This document shows, in pieces, positions 1-12,625 of a stretch of 64,000 nt of DNA. The stretch's first letter is position 1. The number at the start of each line of letters is the position of its first letter. A program made the position numbers and the translations under genes. This DNA is from Octopus vulgaris (taxonomy: Eukaryota). Under the pieces are notes generated by a model. That model made no database searches. It was not told the DNA's origin and saw nothing but the letters and a program-made list of their open reading frames with translations. The stretch spans positions 22,816,001 to 22,880,000 of the forward strand of contig OX597820.1 in the NCBI GenBank assembly GCA_951406725.2, in the 5' to 3' direction.

Positions 1-164
1 GGGTTTCTGAAGAAAATATTTTGATATTGGCTGCTGTGCATTTGTGCTGTTTTCACAAATAAAAGCAGTCTCTATTTTAATTTGAGCAAATGAATTAATT
101 ATATTAATCTCTTCCAGGTTTTCACCAAGGAAACTCTGCGTTGTGTTATCATACGTTGTTCTAA

Positions 165-645
165 GCAGGCTTGGCTATGTGATTAAGAAGATCACTTTGC
201 AGCTACATGGTTTCAGGTTCAGTCCTGCTGCATGGCACCTTAGGCATGTATCTTCTATTGCTCCAAACCAACCAATGATTTGCAAATGAATTTGGTAAGT
301 GGAAAAGCCTGGAGGTTCACTGTGTGCTTGAGTGTATGTGAGTATGTGTGCATGAGAAAGTGATTCTGATATATATGTATACATGCAGTTGAGTATTGTG
401 TGTATGTGTGTGTATGCACACATGTGTGCATATACTCCACCACCACCACCACTTGACAGCCAGTATTGATTTGTTTACAGCTTTCTAACTTAGTGGTTCA
501 GCAAAAGAGAACAATAAAATACCAGACTTTAAAAGAAAAAATATATACTGGAGTTGATTAGTTTGACTAAATCCTTCAAGATGGTGCCCCAGCATGACCA
601 CAGTCTAATGCCTGAAACAAAGCAAAGATGAGAAATAAAAGATAA
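165..645 (+). mobile_element. tRNA-derived SINE, family A (diverged copy)
   Basis: Pol III-like head (tggctatgtgattaagaag...ggttcagtcc), gcacctt..ggca core, TG tract and gcaaaagag...tgaaacaa tail shared with many copies in the window. Confidence 0.8.
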
Positions 646-1281
646 CCAATCCGCATGAACTAGTGAAATCCTCATTTTGATAGGCTGCAAATTATCCCTA
701 TCATTATTTTATCATCATTGTTAGTGATTCAATCCCTGGCTACTTTATATCAACAAAGTTATTTTTATAGCAATTAAAGCCATGAGCAATAGCCTGCACT
801 CAATTCTTAATTTACTTTGGGAGGTGGAAAACAATAACAGAAAAGGCTAAATATCTCAAGGAAATCTCTGGAGAATAAACAGACTTGGCTGCCTGGGTTG
901 GTACAGCCAATCTAATAAATTAAAACAATGAGAATGAAGTAAAAACTATTAATTGCAAAAACGAGCCTAAGTATATTGTTAAACATTATCTTTCAACTTC
1001 ACTGTCTCATCAAAACAGACCATTATGCTGAAAACTTCCAGCATTGGATATTTCAAAGCACCAGTTGGTGTTTATTTTTCTCGCATGAAATACATTTACT
1101 GCTTCATCTCAGGGTAATGAGTATAATAACATGCGTGAGCACTCCTTGCATTGCAAAGATGAATTACACGAGAAATACTTTCAGTAAATGCCGAGGATAT
1201 AAATTCTTTGTAAATTAAGACGGCTTCAGAGAAAGGGCTAAAAAATAAAGCAGTATCACAGATTCGGCATGGTTGTTTAAT

Positions 1282-1612
1282 TTATCTTTAACTCTTTACC
1301 TGTTTTAGTCATTGGACTACAGCCATGCTGGGGCACCACCTTAAAGGGTTTTAGTTGAACTAAGTGACCCCAGTACTTATTCTTTTTAAACCTATTTATT
1401 CTATCAGTCCTCTTTTGCCAACCCACTAGGTTATGGGGATATAAGCAAACCAACACCAGTTGTCAACTCGTGGTGGAAGGAGGACAAACACAAACAGGCT
1501 TCCACACAGTTTCTGTTTATGAAATTCAGTTAAGGTATTGGTTGGCTTGAGACTATAAAGGAAAACACCTGAAATCACAAAATTGCAAAATGATGTTCTT
1601 AACCACACAGCA
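1282..1612 (-). mobile_element. SINE family A, internally deleted
   Basis: Reverse complement of the family A tail (cagccatgctggggcaccacc...) and head (cttaaccacacagc). Confidence 0.75.
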
Positions 1613-2189
1613 GAGAGAGATATGTAATTTTGGAAAATAAAATGAGTGGAGAATTGGTCACTATAGCTGTGGTAGATTTTCAAACAGAAGAGAAAAATTG
1701 GGAACCAGATAGTAAAACAATTTCAATAGTAAAATAATTGCATATACAAGTGACAGCTTAGCAAGGAACTCAAAAATATTGCATATGAATGTGTGTATAT
1801 ATATATATCAATTGGGCAAATAGTAGGTGAACCAGTTTTTCAAACAGAAGTAGCAGTCTGCTAAGCCATCTGTTGGCTTGTCATTCAAAAGGTTAATAGT
1901 TTGTATCCAATCAGTGGCACCAAGTTACATTGCACACCTGGTGTACCTAGCCTTAATTACATCATATGTGTAATAGGTATAGATCTTTGTTTTAGGCAAT
2001 AGGAATCCTGCATAATTTACCAATACTTCAGTAGCTTACAATACTGAGTTAAATTTACTGCTGAACAAAAAAAAAAAATATATACAAAAATCTAGTAAGC
2101 CAACTCAAAGCTAAAGATATCTCTCGGCAGTTTAACATTGTGAAAGCCAGAAATAAACTCTTGCAAACTTTTCCTACGATGTAAGATGC

Positions 2190-5060
2190 TTCTTGAAAGT
2201 AAGTAACATGCACAACCATTAAATTCAAAGACTCAGCACTTATCAGGTTCAAGTCATTGACCTAACAATACCTGATGGTACTGGATATTCTATTGTTGTT
2301 TTATACTGTTAATTCCTAATGGTAAAATTATATGAAATTATGGGAGCTCTGTTACGGAAGTTGTTCTTCTATGTAGTATTCTTGCCCATGGCTGAACAGT
2401 TTGCTGCTTATAATAAATGGTGGATGAAAGGACTTCATTAGTTGACAATTCCTGAAGTGTGAAATACATTTATGACTGGAAACTGACTCCTTGAAATTAG
2501 ACAAATTATCACATTTCAGAAGTTGTTATAATCAACTGTGCCATTAATATGGATCAACTCTCTTGGGTTAAAAGTTAATTCGGTAGAAGCTATCAATAAA
2601 TTTATTAGCCAGTTTGAAAGATATATTAGGTTTATGAAGCCAGATGAGAACAGTAAATTGGATTTATTTTGATTAAGTCCAGAAGATAAAACACCTGGTT
2701 ACTACAAGTAAAATAGAGTAACTTCAGATTACGGAAAAAGGAAGCTGATGATGGTACTCTATACAATTCAAGGGCAAAAATATTGTGGCAGCAAAGTGCC
2801 AAAAAACCTTTTTGTTCAGTTAAAGAACAAGACTATTTAATATCTTTGCCAGTTCTCTTAGACAAATATCAAAATATTTGCAAATTTCTAATATCTGTGC
2901 AAGAAACTATGTGACACTTTTTGCTAAGGAAACTGATCGAAAAGCAATTTTCCACAGATGTTGCCTTGTCTCATAAAGCTAGGAAAACCCTTATGCTGCA
3001 GGATGCTGTTTCTACAGTCCAAATGGTCAGGTTCACTATTGTGGATGGACATAGTTGAGATATCAACTTCGATTCAGGTTGAAACTTGTTTTTGGAAAGA
3101 ATCAAAAGTCTTACATAGCTCCAGAGACTATCCTGCTGTTGATAGACAATGTTTAAGATAACATGATATTTTGCAAAGATATGTTGTACACCAGTTGTAC
3201 CTATAACATCATCCCATCCAACACCTGAGCAGCAATTTGTTTGGGGTTTTGTAAATGAAAGTAGTCAATTAGTTGCTTGCTTATTGACAGCAGTAGTGAA
3301 ATATTTTTGATTCTCAAAGATATTTTGAAAATGCTTGGTATTAAATCCTACTCCAAATCACTGATGGGAACCAGCTTAATATAATTGGAAGTAAATATCA
3401 GCCACCTACACAATTCCAGTCACTTCAGAGAGAATTCAAAAGTAAACTCCCACCTTTAACTGTGTCCAATGCACGGAATTATTTGAAATTTAATATCCTA
3501 TTTGACAAACCTTCAAAATCCTCAATATCCACTGGTTTAAGCTTAGAAACTTCAGTGGAAGCAATACTGATGTGTTGCTCCACTCGGAATTGCTCTTTTG
3601 AAGATTATGAATTCATTAAAGTTGGGATTAATAAACTACTGGCTGAGATAATATATACAACTTCAAAGTTGTCATTGCATTCTCTAGTTGTTGTGGTCAA
3701 TAAAAGTGGTGATAAACAGTGTTTAGTTGTTAACTATGCATCTACAGTTAATAGAGATATGCAGATACATTTATCTCCCTATTCATTCACAATGTTTCAA
3801 GCTTCACAAAAATTGCCATTTCAGCATTGTTGACATTCATGCCTGCCTCCATGGGAACAACATTTTACATCCTTTGATACAAATAACGAATTGTATCAAT
3901 TTATGTGATTGCTTTCTGAAGTGACAAATAGGATGAAGTGGTGGTTTTCAGTAGAGGAATGAGGCAAATTATCAAGGACTTGAAATGAGTAGCTCATCAC
4001 TTTGATCCTGGTGTAATATATACAAAGAATAAAAGGATCTATGAGGAAATTTGCAACCTTTTTCAAATGCACTTGAGAAGTAGTGTTCTCATTCATCCCT
4101 CAAAATGTAAATAATTATTTTTAGGCAATATTTTAGAAAAAACAAGATGTTACTAGACCCTGGTAGACTTCAGTCACTATGTTACCTATTCCTGAGAATT
4201 CCAAAGAACTTAAGCATTTTGTTGGGTTAATTATATACTATTCAAAATTGATAAGAGTTTCGTTGAGATTGTAACATCCTTGTCTGAAGTTAAACAATGT
4301 CAACATTTTCCACTGTCAGCTGAATGTTATTAAGGCAATAAAAAAACTCACAGCAGGTTCATTATCTGTTTCAATACTTGATTCATTACCTGCCTATATC
4401 CTCAACGGTTTCTGTCCTAATATAAAATGGGGTGCTAATTTGCTTTTATTGACAAGGATTTTATGATAATAGGAAAGAAAATGGTCAGTGTAATGTTAAA
4501 AGCCATTACCACAGACAATTCAGTTGAAAAATATAACGTTACTTATTAACATGAAAATTCAAACTTGCTATAAGTCAATAGCTTTCCTATTCGAAAGCTG
4601 ATCTAAATCTGCTAAGCTATATCACTGGCATTTTTAGAAGGCGACGAGCTGGCAGAAACGTTAGCATGCCAGGCGAAATGCTTAGCAGTATTTTGTCTGT
4701 TACATTCTGAGTTCAAATTCTGCCAAGGTCGACTTTACCTTTCATACTTTCGGGGTCGATAAATAAAGTACTAGTTTCACACTGGGGTCGATGTAATCAA
4801 TTTAATCCCTTTGTCTGTCCTTGTTTGTCCCCTCTATGTTTAGCCCCTTGTGGGCAGTAAAGAAATATTTATCACTGGAGATTACAGCCCTCAAAGATCT
4901 CAAGAAATATAATATGAAGTGGGAAGAGAGAATTTGACTGAAGCTTCAAGTAGAATTCCAGCAGGTACTATCTAGAATACTGAAAAAGGTGACTATGAAT
5001 GCCATAATCCTGAAACACTAGTAACAAATGATGAGCATTTATGATTAAGCTAATAATACT
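2190..5060 (+). mobile_element. Decayed Ty3/gypsy LTR retrotransposon gag-pol relic
   Basis: Frameshifted peptides in pol order: EDYEFIKVGINKLLAEII..SKLSLHSLVVVVNKSGDKQCLVVNYASTVNR (RT N-terminus, ORF 3462-3833); DPGRLQSL/LPIPENSKELKHFVGLIIYYSKLI near 4157-4255 (thumb/connection); KLYHW|RLQ and GRENLTEASSRI near 4615-4960 (RNase H end). No intact YxDD motif or LTR recognised; 5' boundary uncertain. Confidence 0.8.
4638..4867 (+). mobile_element. tRNA-derived SINE, family B, inserted in the gypsy relic
   Basis: ggcgacgagctggcagaa...gagttcaaattc (A/B boxes), tttcggggtcgataa core; tatcactgg duplicated at 4620-4628 and 4870-4878. Confidence 0.9.
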
Positions 5061-5118
5061 AACTGCATAAACTGGCACACCCAAAACAAAAAAAAAAAGG
5101 TTCACTATTAATGTAGAT

Positions 5119-5370
5119 CAGTGGTTCTCAACCATCTTTCAATTATGAACCTTCTTTTGATTCCTATTTTACTCAGATGGACCCTCAAAGCCATTCAATG
5201 TTTTAAAAAATCCTTATTATATTTTTATAATTATTAAGAATTGTATAAAACATTAAAAAAATATATTTTGTGTATTGCAGAAGTATAACCAGTTAATTGG
5301 ACATAGATTTTTACAACAAAATCTTATGTGAACCTGCAAGGGTCATAATGACCCTGGATGAGAACTACTG
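5119..5370. mobile_element. hAT-type MITE
   Basis: TIRs cagtggttctcaacc / ggatgagaactactg (13/15) and a perfect 8-bp TSD atgtagat at 5111-5118 and 5371-5378. Confidence 0.9.
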
Positions 5371-5879
5371 ATGTAGATGATACCACCCTTCAGTGCTCCC
5401 TAAGCTTCCATCCCCAATCAACCTAAACATCTCTTGCGAAATCTACTCCAAGAATAGAGGCTTTAAAAACATCTTTATATAAGGTCATGTCAACCTGGTT
5501 TCTTTCAACAGCATGACGATATTGCACATATCGAGAAGGCATCACACCCCATCCACATTAGGGACAAAACAACTCACAAGTTTAAGGTCACCTCAAATGC
5601 TAGCCCAAAATATCACTGAAAATCTCTCCTAGCCAAAGCTGCATCACAAAAGCTAGCTTTCCCCTTCACAGACAGAAAATGCTTCATACCCCTCATCATC
5701 AACAACTAGCTCTCTGCAAAGTTCAGGTGAAACCCACAATGAAAAATTGCTTCAACAGGTGGCGGTGGTGGTGGTGGTGCTGCTGCTGCTACACGCGTGC
5801 ACACACACACACACTAGGCTAGATCAAAAGAAAGGCCAATGATTAACATGAAGCTATTCTCCAACCTTTGCACCACAAA

Positions 5880-6155
5880 TGTGTCTCCTCCTCCGCTTAT
5901 TTCTCTTTTTCTATTACAACAGTGGCCTCTGCTACTTGGAGCTAGCTGGTCTTGTGCCACTCCCACTCAGACACTCCTAACCCACTAATGTCTTTGTTTC
6001 TCCTTGCTATTCACACTGTGTCCTCTACCACTGGACCTCACACTAACAACTGCATCATGTACTTCACTCCCAGAAAACGATAGCTCTCTGGAATTCCTTC
6101 TCTGCAGCAGTCAACTTATAACTGTTCAAGAGGAACATTAATTGCATTGATCCCA
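5880..6155 (+). mobile_element. 3' end of a decayed LINE (CR1/Jockey-like)
   Basis: Degenerate coding for FYY.SGLC..ELAGLVP...FTPR...LWNS...FKRNIN, typical of the non-LTR ORF2 C-terminus. Confidence 0.5.
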
Positions 6156-6167
6156 TCGGTCTTTTAA

Positions 6168-6387
6168 CCCTTTAGTGTTCAAATTACTCTGTTAAATGTA
6201 ATACTTTTTCACTCAAATTGTTTTGAATTAATCCTGGATCATCTTACAGCTTTGAGGTTTCAATGAGGTGATTGTTTATTTTTAGAATGGCATTGTAGGT
6301 TAGGTGTGAGAGGCTAGATATTGCCAGTTTGAATATAAAATATATAGAATATTTGGGCCGGATATGGCTGGTTTAAACACTAAAGGG
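6168..6387. mobile_element. piggyBac-like (TTAA) MITE
   Basis: ttaa|ccctttagtgtt ... aacactaaaggg|ttaa: perfect 12-bp TIR starting CCC, with TTAA TSD. Confidence 0.9.
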
Positions 6388-7590
6388 TTAAGCCTTGCAA
6401 ATACCTGTCAAATCAAGCCCCCGCACCAAACTAAATACAAAAGAAGAAAATGCATGCAAGAGAAATCAGGGATAAAAACATGTAAAGCAAACGGAGGAAA
6501 CTTGTGGAAAATACACAAGTTGAGGGATGAGGGGGAGTTGACATGGAAAAGTAAACCAAAAAGACAAGGAAAAGAAACAATTCTAGACAAAGTTGGGTAA
6601 GTAATGAAATGTTGCATGGTGATAATTAGTTCTGTAGACCTGTGAAAATATTACAACAATGATAAGGATGAAGATTTGAAATTTAGGGGGGGGGAAAGCA
6701 ACAGTGATTCTTAAAGGCAAAAGAAACATAAAACATAAATATCAGAATATATGGTTAGTTGAAGACATAATAGAGTTAAAGAATGATATTATGGATCAGG
6801 CATTTTAAAAGCATAGTGTGATTAGATCATGAGCTGTGGCAGAGGTTAAAAGCCAAATTTTAATTTAAAAAAAATTTTTTTTTTTTTTTTCAAATTCATC
6901 ACCAACAATACTTTTAACAATATCTCAAATCTTGCTTCTCAACATATATACAGGCATACATCCTAAGTAAATCTCAATGAATACATACCTGAACAGAAAA
7001 ATCAATTAAAATACATCTTAATTACAACTGTGCATATATGTATACATATGTAGTAACTGCATTTACATGTGCGGACAAGTCTGCACAGGTATGTTCAAAA
7101 TGTATCAAACATAATTCAATAATGAACACAGGAACCGCCCCCAAGGCTAAAACTAAATTGAGATAATTTAAAACTTCTGGTTCTTTCCTTTTTCTCAAAT
7201 TTTTAACATGCCAAAATGAGAGACAGACAGGCAGACAAGGGAAGAGGAATAGCTGAAGACTAGCACCGGGCACATGTGCATTAACGCACGCATGCACATA
7301 CACGCAGATTCGCATATATGTGCGTGTACATCTTTTAGCTCCTGGTACATTTATTTAACACATTAGCTCAACATCCCAAATACAATAATGAATGGAGACA
7401 TGACGCAAGTGAGACAAAGAAAAAAGAAAAAAACACACAGCAAGCAAGGAAATTAATTCAAAAAAAGATAGAAAAATTTTTTAAAAAAGAGGGATACAAT
7501 CAATGAATGGTTAAAGAAGGAGTTGTTAATAATGATATTAATACACAACAAAAAAATCATAACAAAAAGACAGCAACTAAATAATAGGGG

Positions 7591-7626
7591 ATATACATAC
7601 ATACATACATATATATATATACATAC

Positions 7627-7671
<45 letters not shown>
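7591..7671. repeat. (TACA)n/(TA)n microsatellite
   Basis: Seen directly. Confidence 0.95.
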
Positions 7672-7675
<4 letters not shown>

Positions 7676-8076
7676 CCTTGAATATTTTAACTGCACAAGA
7701 AATGTTTATTTTACATTAAATAACATTTTGTACAGACATACATTTATTTGAAGGACATGCAATAACAAAGACACAATTGATATTAGTCAGAAAGAAAAAA
7801 AAAAAAGAAACATAATAGAAATCATCTCTCTTTATGTCTCAGTTTTTTTTTGTTTTTTTGTTTTGTTTTGCCTCATTATTTTTTCTTTTTGGGTCTATAA
7901 TCTATAGTTGTTGCTGGAATTTGATACATTTCAAACAAAATGGTTTTCAAAGTAAAGCTGCTATGATGACAAAAATAAACAAAGCAAAACAAAAATCGAA
8001 ACCAAAATGATGGGGAAAAAAAAAGTGTAAGGAGGAAGTGGAATGACTATTTGAAATAAATGATTTGTCTGGGTTT

Positions 8077-8195
8077 TATATGTGTATGTATGTATGAGTG
8101 TATATGTATGCCTGTATTTTATATATGTATATATACACACACACACACATATGTATATACACATACACAAACACAAATAAATGTGTGTATGTGTG

Positions 8196-8228
<33 letters not shown>

Positions 8229-8268
8229 GTGCATGAGTGTTTATATATATGTGCGTATGTTTATATAC

Positions 8269-8303
<35 letters not shown>

Positions 8304-8316
8304 CACATGTATATAT
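8077..8316. repeat. Compound (TG)/(TA)/(CA) microsatellite
   Basis: Seen directly; source of the YIYI ORFs. Confidence 0.95.
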
Positions 8317-8593
8317 TCCTTGTTCAGTCTTTACTAGTTCTGTGATATAATCCATTATTCCAAGTGGTATGAGATGAGATGCAGGTTAAAAAGAATTAAA
8401 GAAGTTAGGTATTAAATGCTGGAAATGAAACCAAACATCTGAGCCTGGTTGATGCTATAGGAAGGATTAATTCCCTGCAAGAATAACTAAGAGAATTTGC
8501 TTTCTACTAACTCACTCACCTATTACAACTTTATGCCTAAGGTAATGTTAATTTCTGATGTTGGAAAAGCAGGGTTCAATATCGACAACATAC

Positions 8594-8722
8594 CTTAGGA
8601 TGAAGATCTTTATTATCACCATCTTGTGTACCCTCCGAGGAGGTTCCCTTAAGGAGTTTACCATCTTCAGTGCTCCCACTTGAATGCCTGGACTTTGCTT
8701 GCTGCTCCCGCAGTGTGAACAG
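8594..8722 (-). CDS. PPFIA: Liprin-alpha coding exon, 129 nt, phase 0/0
   Basis: Translates to LFTLREQQAKSRHSSGSTEDGKLLKGTSSEGTQDGDNKDLHPK with no stop; the start matches the (L/I)xxL(R/K)EQ that follows NQE/HKE in vertebrate liprin-alphas, then a variable linker; acceptor tttttttttctatatag, donor AAG|gtatgt. Confidence 0.85.
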
Positions 8723-10340
8723 CTATATAGAAAAAAAAATTGTTTTTCTTCAGTGTCTGTTGTGTGTTGGAGCGCTTAGACTTCTGTACAAAACCTTGCT
8801 TTCGGCAGGCACCTTGGCCATTACCTCGTTGCTGGATTGCAAGATTTCATAAGACAATAAATCCATAAATTCCAAAGAGTATCATAAATTTAAACTAAAT
8901 TCTTGTTTTCCATATTTGTGAATGCCAGTACCATTTGTGGTACCATCTACAACAATGTGATCCACCAGTACGTTTACCATTATTTAGAACTATTTCTCAT
9001 AACACTCCCACAAAAGTCACTTCATCCTTTTGTTGTTGTTTTTGGTTAGTTTTTTCCTTTCCTTGTTTAAACTTCTGGCAGTATAAATACATTCATTCAA
9101 CTTTTAGGAACATTTAAAAAATTCAAATTGTTAGTAGCTCAGTTAGGAAGAACGATCTCAAAACAAAATCCAATACGATTTTGTTATTTAAAGATCAATG
9201 TAAGGCAAAGATATACAACTAGCAACATAGGAATAATATTTTAATTTTGTTCCACTAACAAAACTAAATGGATAGTCTTCTCTAATTAGAATGTTTTGTT
9301 TCAGGTAGATGAGTTTTGTTTTCATATAAGCAGATATTGGGCATATATGTATGTGTGTTTGTGCATGTTACAAAAAACAAAACCAAAAAAACATTTAAAA
9401 TCTCAAAACACTCTGAAGTACAAATCAATGAATTTCCTGTAATTTTCTCTTAACCTTTTTCTAAGCAGCTATTGATGCATAATACAAGCCAACAGAATAA
9501 TAAACCTTAATGCAACATGAAATAGTTGTGCATGTGTCTGTGTTGTGTTAGATAGACCCTAACAGTGTGTGCAAATGCACACACATATAGTTATACCTAG
9601 CAAGAAATATTACTTTTATTTAATTTTCTATAGCTACTTAATATCTTGTGTATAACTTCAGTTAAATCATTATCTCACTAAACCCTAATTTTAAGTTCAT
9701 TTATTATGTGAAAGTTAACCATTCCTACAAGATGAAGAAATACAGTTTAATAAACATACATTGTTATATTCTACGTAATGACAATATAATGCAATTAATC
9801 ACAATAATTGTCTTGGACGTAATAATAATTATTTAGACACAGAATAGCTTTAACAACTGACAGTTGTAGTTCAGTGCCATTTTGCTCTGAGTGGAAGTTG
9901 AGTAATAATATTATTTCTAATAGTCTAGAAGTGGTTCTTAATTCTTCTTTGTAATAATGGCAGCCAAATTGTTCAAATTTGCATGAAAACATGACAACAA
10001 ATTCAGTGTCATTTTCAAATGCATTGCTTTTGCTATGATTTAAACATCACCATTAGTGATGATAATAATATCATCCTACTTCAAGTCTCTGAATATACTT
10101 CAATCCTTTATTTCATCTAGTATTTTGTTTGTTTTGAGCCAACCCAAGGTTAAGTATACAAGATAATGCATCTATGGATGAGACTTATTAACTGCTGCTT
10201 GGTAACCGATAAATTCTAGAATCATGTTGAATGAATGAATTCACCTATGCAGCTTTTCCTTCCATATCACTAAGAAAAACAGTAATTACCAAATAACTTA
10301 CTAAATTCCAAGAATAGCCAACTCAAATCCAATGGTTGCT

Positions 10341-10421
10341 GATTATGATCATATGGAAACAATCATAAGTAATTATGATCATACGGAAATGATCATAAGT
10401 GATTATGATCATATGGAAATG
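10341..10421. repeat. 30-bp tandem repeat, about 2.7 copies
   Basis: Unit gattatgatcatatggaaatgatcataagt starting at 10341, 10371 and 10401. Confidence 0.9.
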
Positions 10422-10725
10422 CATATTTCACAATATCAATTGTTCTCAGTAACCAGATGTGATGTGAAGGCAACTGATGTTGAATGGGGGCAAAACCCAG
10501 TGTTAAAGACAAAAGGATACTGCAGTGGACAGCAGTTTTATATTAAATATCTTGTAGGCACCAAGTAGTTTGCTGATAGAATACAGAAGAGTCATTGTAC
10601 AGGAACTCCTCATGACAGCAATAGCTCAAGGAGTTGGAGACTGGTGCAGGCAACCTCATAGTTAAGGAAAAGCAGCTGTAGTGAAAGATGTCAATGGAAA
10701 AGAAACCTATTACATGAAGAGGGAT

Positions 10726-10923
10726 GAAGGTGTGTGGCTCAGGAGCTAAAGAAATGGACTCACAATCATGAGGTAGTGAGTCCGATTGGGCAACTGCTGG
10801 TCCTCCATAAACAACCTTGCCAAGACTTGTACCTCAAAGAGGAACTTTTTAGGTATGATCCCATGGTCGTTCATGACTAAAGAGGGTCTTTGCCTCCCGC
10901 CCTTTTTTTTTTTTTTTTTCTTT
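10726..10923 (+). mobile_element. tRNA-derived SINE with T-rich tail and 16-bp TSD
   Basis: TSD ttacatgaagagggat at 10710-10725 and 10924-10939; tggctcag A-box-like and gagtccgatt B-box-like motifs. Confidence 0.8.
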
Positions 10924-12188
10924 TTACATGAAGAGGGATATTAAAACCAAAGTTTGCTGTTTACAGCAGGTTCAAAGTTTCTCTCAGATATATATTAGTC
11001 AAGGTTCCACTGAAAGGTGGGACAATATCAAAAGTTATCACTTAGATTTTAATGATTATGATAATTATTAAGCAGGTAATAAGTTAGAATAATTTAATTG
11101 GTTGCAAGTCAAACTGCAGCTCAATGATTAAAATTCATTAAGCCAATTATATTACATGGAAAGGCAGTAACTGAATTCAAAATGGGAATTTTCAAAGAAT
11201 TGTCCTACTTAACACCACCAAATGTATTTTCTGTACTTTTTAAATTTCCTTACATTTTTATATCAAGAGTTGAATAATAATCTCCATGGAATTTTTGAAA
11301 TTCTGAACTGAAGAATTGAAACAGCGCTTAAAGTAAAGCCTTTTCTCATCATTTTTTTTTTTTTTTTTTCCTTTCAATATGTAATTAAATAGATAACGAA
11401 GAAATGTTTAAAGGGAAAGCATCAGAACTTGCGTTCAAATAAATGTTTATGTACAAGCATCTAGATGTAGTCATATGCGTATAATACAAATCGGATTCTG
11501 ATTTATATCTGTCACATATGTATTAGTGTATGTATGTGAGTGTGTGGTTGTGTGTTTGAATTTTAATTGTGTTTTATATGGCAAACTTAAAAAGTAATTC
11601 AGCTATATAGAATAGGACTACTTTTTTTTTTTTAAAGAAAAGGTGAGGAAAGGGACAAATAACTATCTGAACAATGAAAGAGGGTGTGATAAAAGTGAAC
11701 ATAAAACAAACAAAAAAATCTAATAAATATACTTGGTAGCAGCAACTTTTTGAGAAATACTACATATAAATAATTTATCAGGTAGGACATAAAAATTTTT
11801 TTTTTTTCGTTTTTTTTTTTTTTAAATTCAGTAATAAAACAACAAAATAAAAATTTGACATTCAATATACAATGACAATAACATGGTGAGAAGAAAAAAA
11901 AAAATCAACAAGTGCTGCTGCAAGGAAATTTGCGGTACATTGTTTTAATTTACATCAATGTGCACAGATGCACATGTGACAACATTTTACAAACAAATGT
12001 AGAAAACAGCAAAAAAAAAAAAAAAAAGAAATAATATATAAAACTGATTTCAATAATAGAAAGAAAGTAATACATAAAATTTGACACAAGATAGAGAGAA
12101 ATTTTATTATCATTTTGGTAGTGGGCTTTTCATCAATTCTATGTTCACTTTATTTATGCCATTCAAGCTGCATTTCAAAATAAACAAA

Positions 12189-12207
12189 TACATACATACA
12201 TACATAC

Positions 12208-12247
<40 letters not shown>

Positions 12248-12320
12248 CATATATATATATATATATCCGTTTATATATTTGTTATATATATATGTATATA
12301 TATATATATATATGTATGTG

Positions 12321-12353
<33 letters not shown>

Positions 12354-12518
12354 GTATGTATGTATATAGATATATATACACATATGCATGTATGTATATA
12401 TATATATATTATATATATATATATACACATATGCATGTATATATATATATACACATATGCATGTATATATATATATATATACACACATACACACATGTAT
12501 GTATATATACACATATGC

Positions 12519-12555
<37 letters not shown>

Positions 12556-12568
12556 CACATATGTATGC

Positions 12569-12624
<56 letters not shown>

Positions 12625-12625
12625 G
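12189..12625. repeat. Long compound (TA)n microsatellite with cacatatgcatg interruptions
   Basis: Seen directly; explains six spurious ORFs. Confidence 0.97.

Noticed and set aside
4638-4730. tRNA-like A/B boxes here and in other SINE heads
   Set aside because: They continue into SINE body and tail, and no full cloverleaf is evident; not tRNA genes.
8511-8593. Strong donor G|gtgagt at 8520, 74 nt beyond the exon donor
   Set aside because: Extending the exon, or using the nearby AGs, introduces in-frame stops; no coding support.
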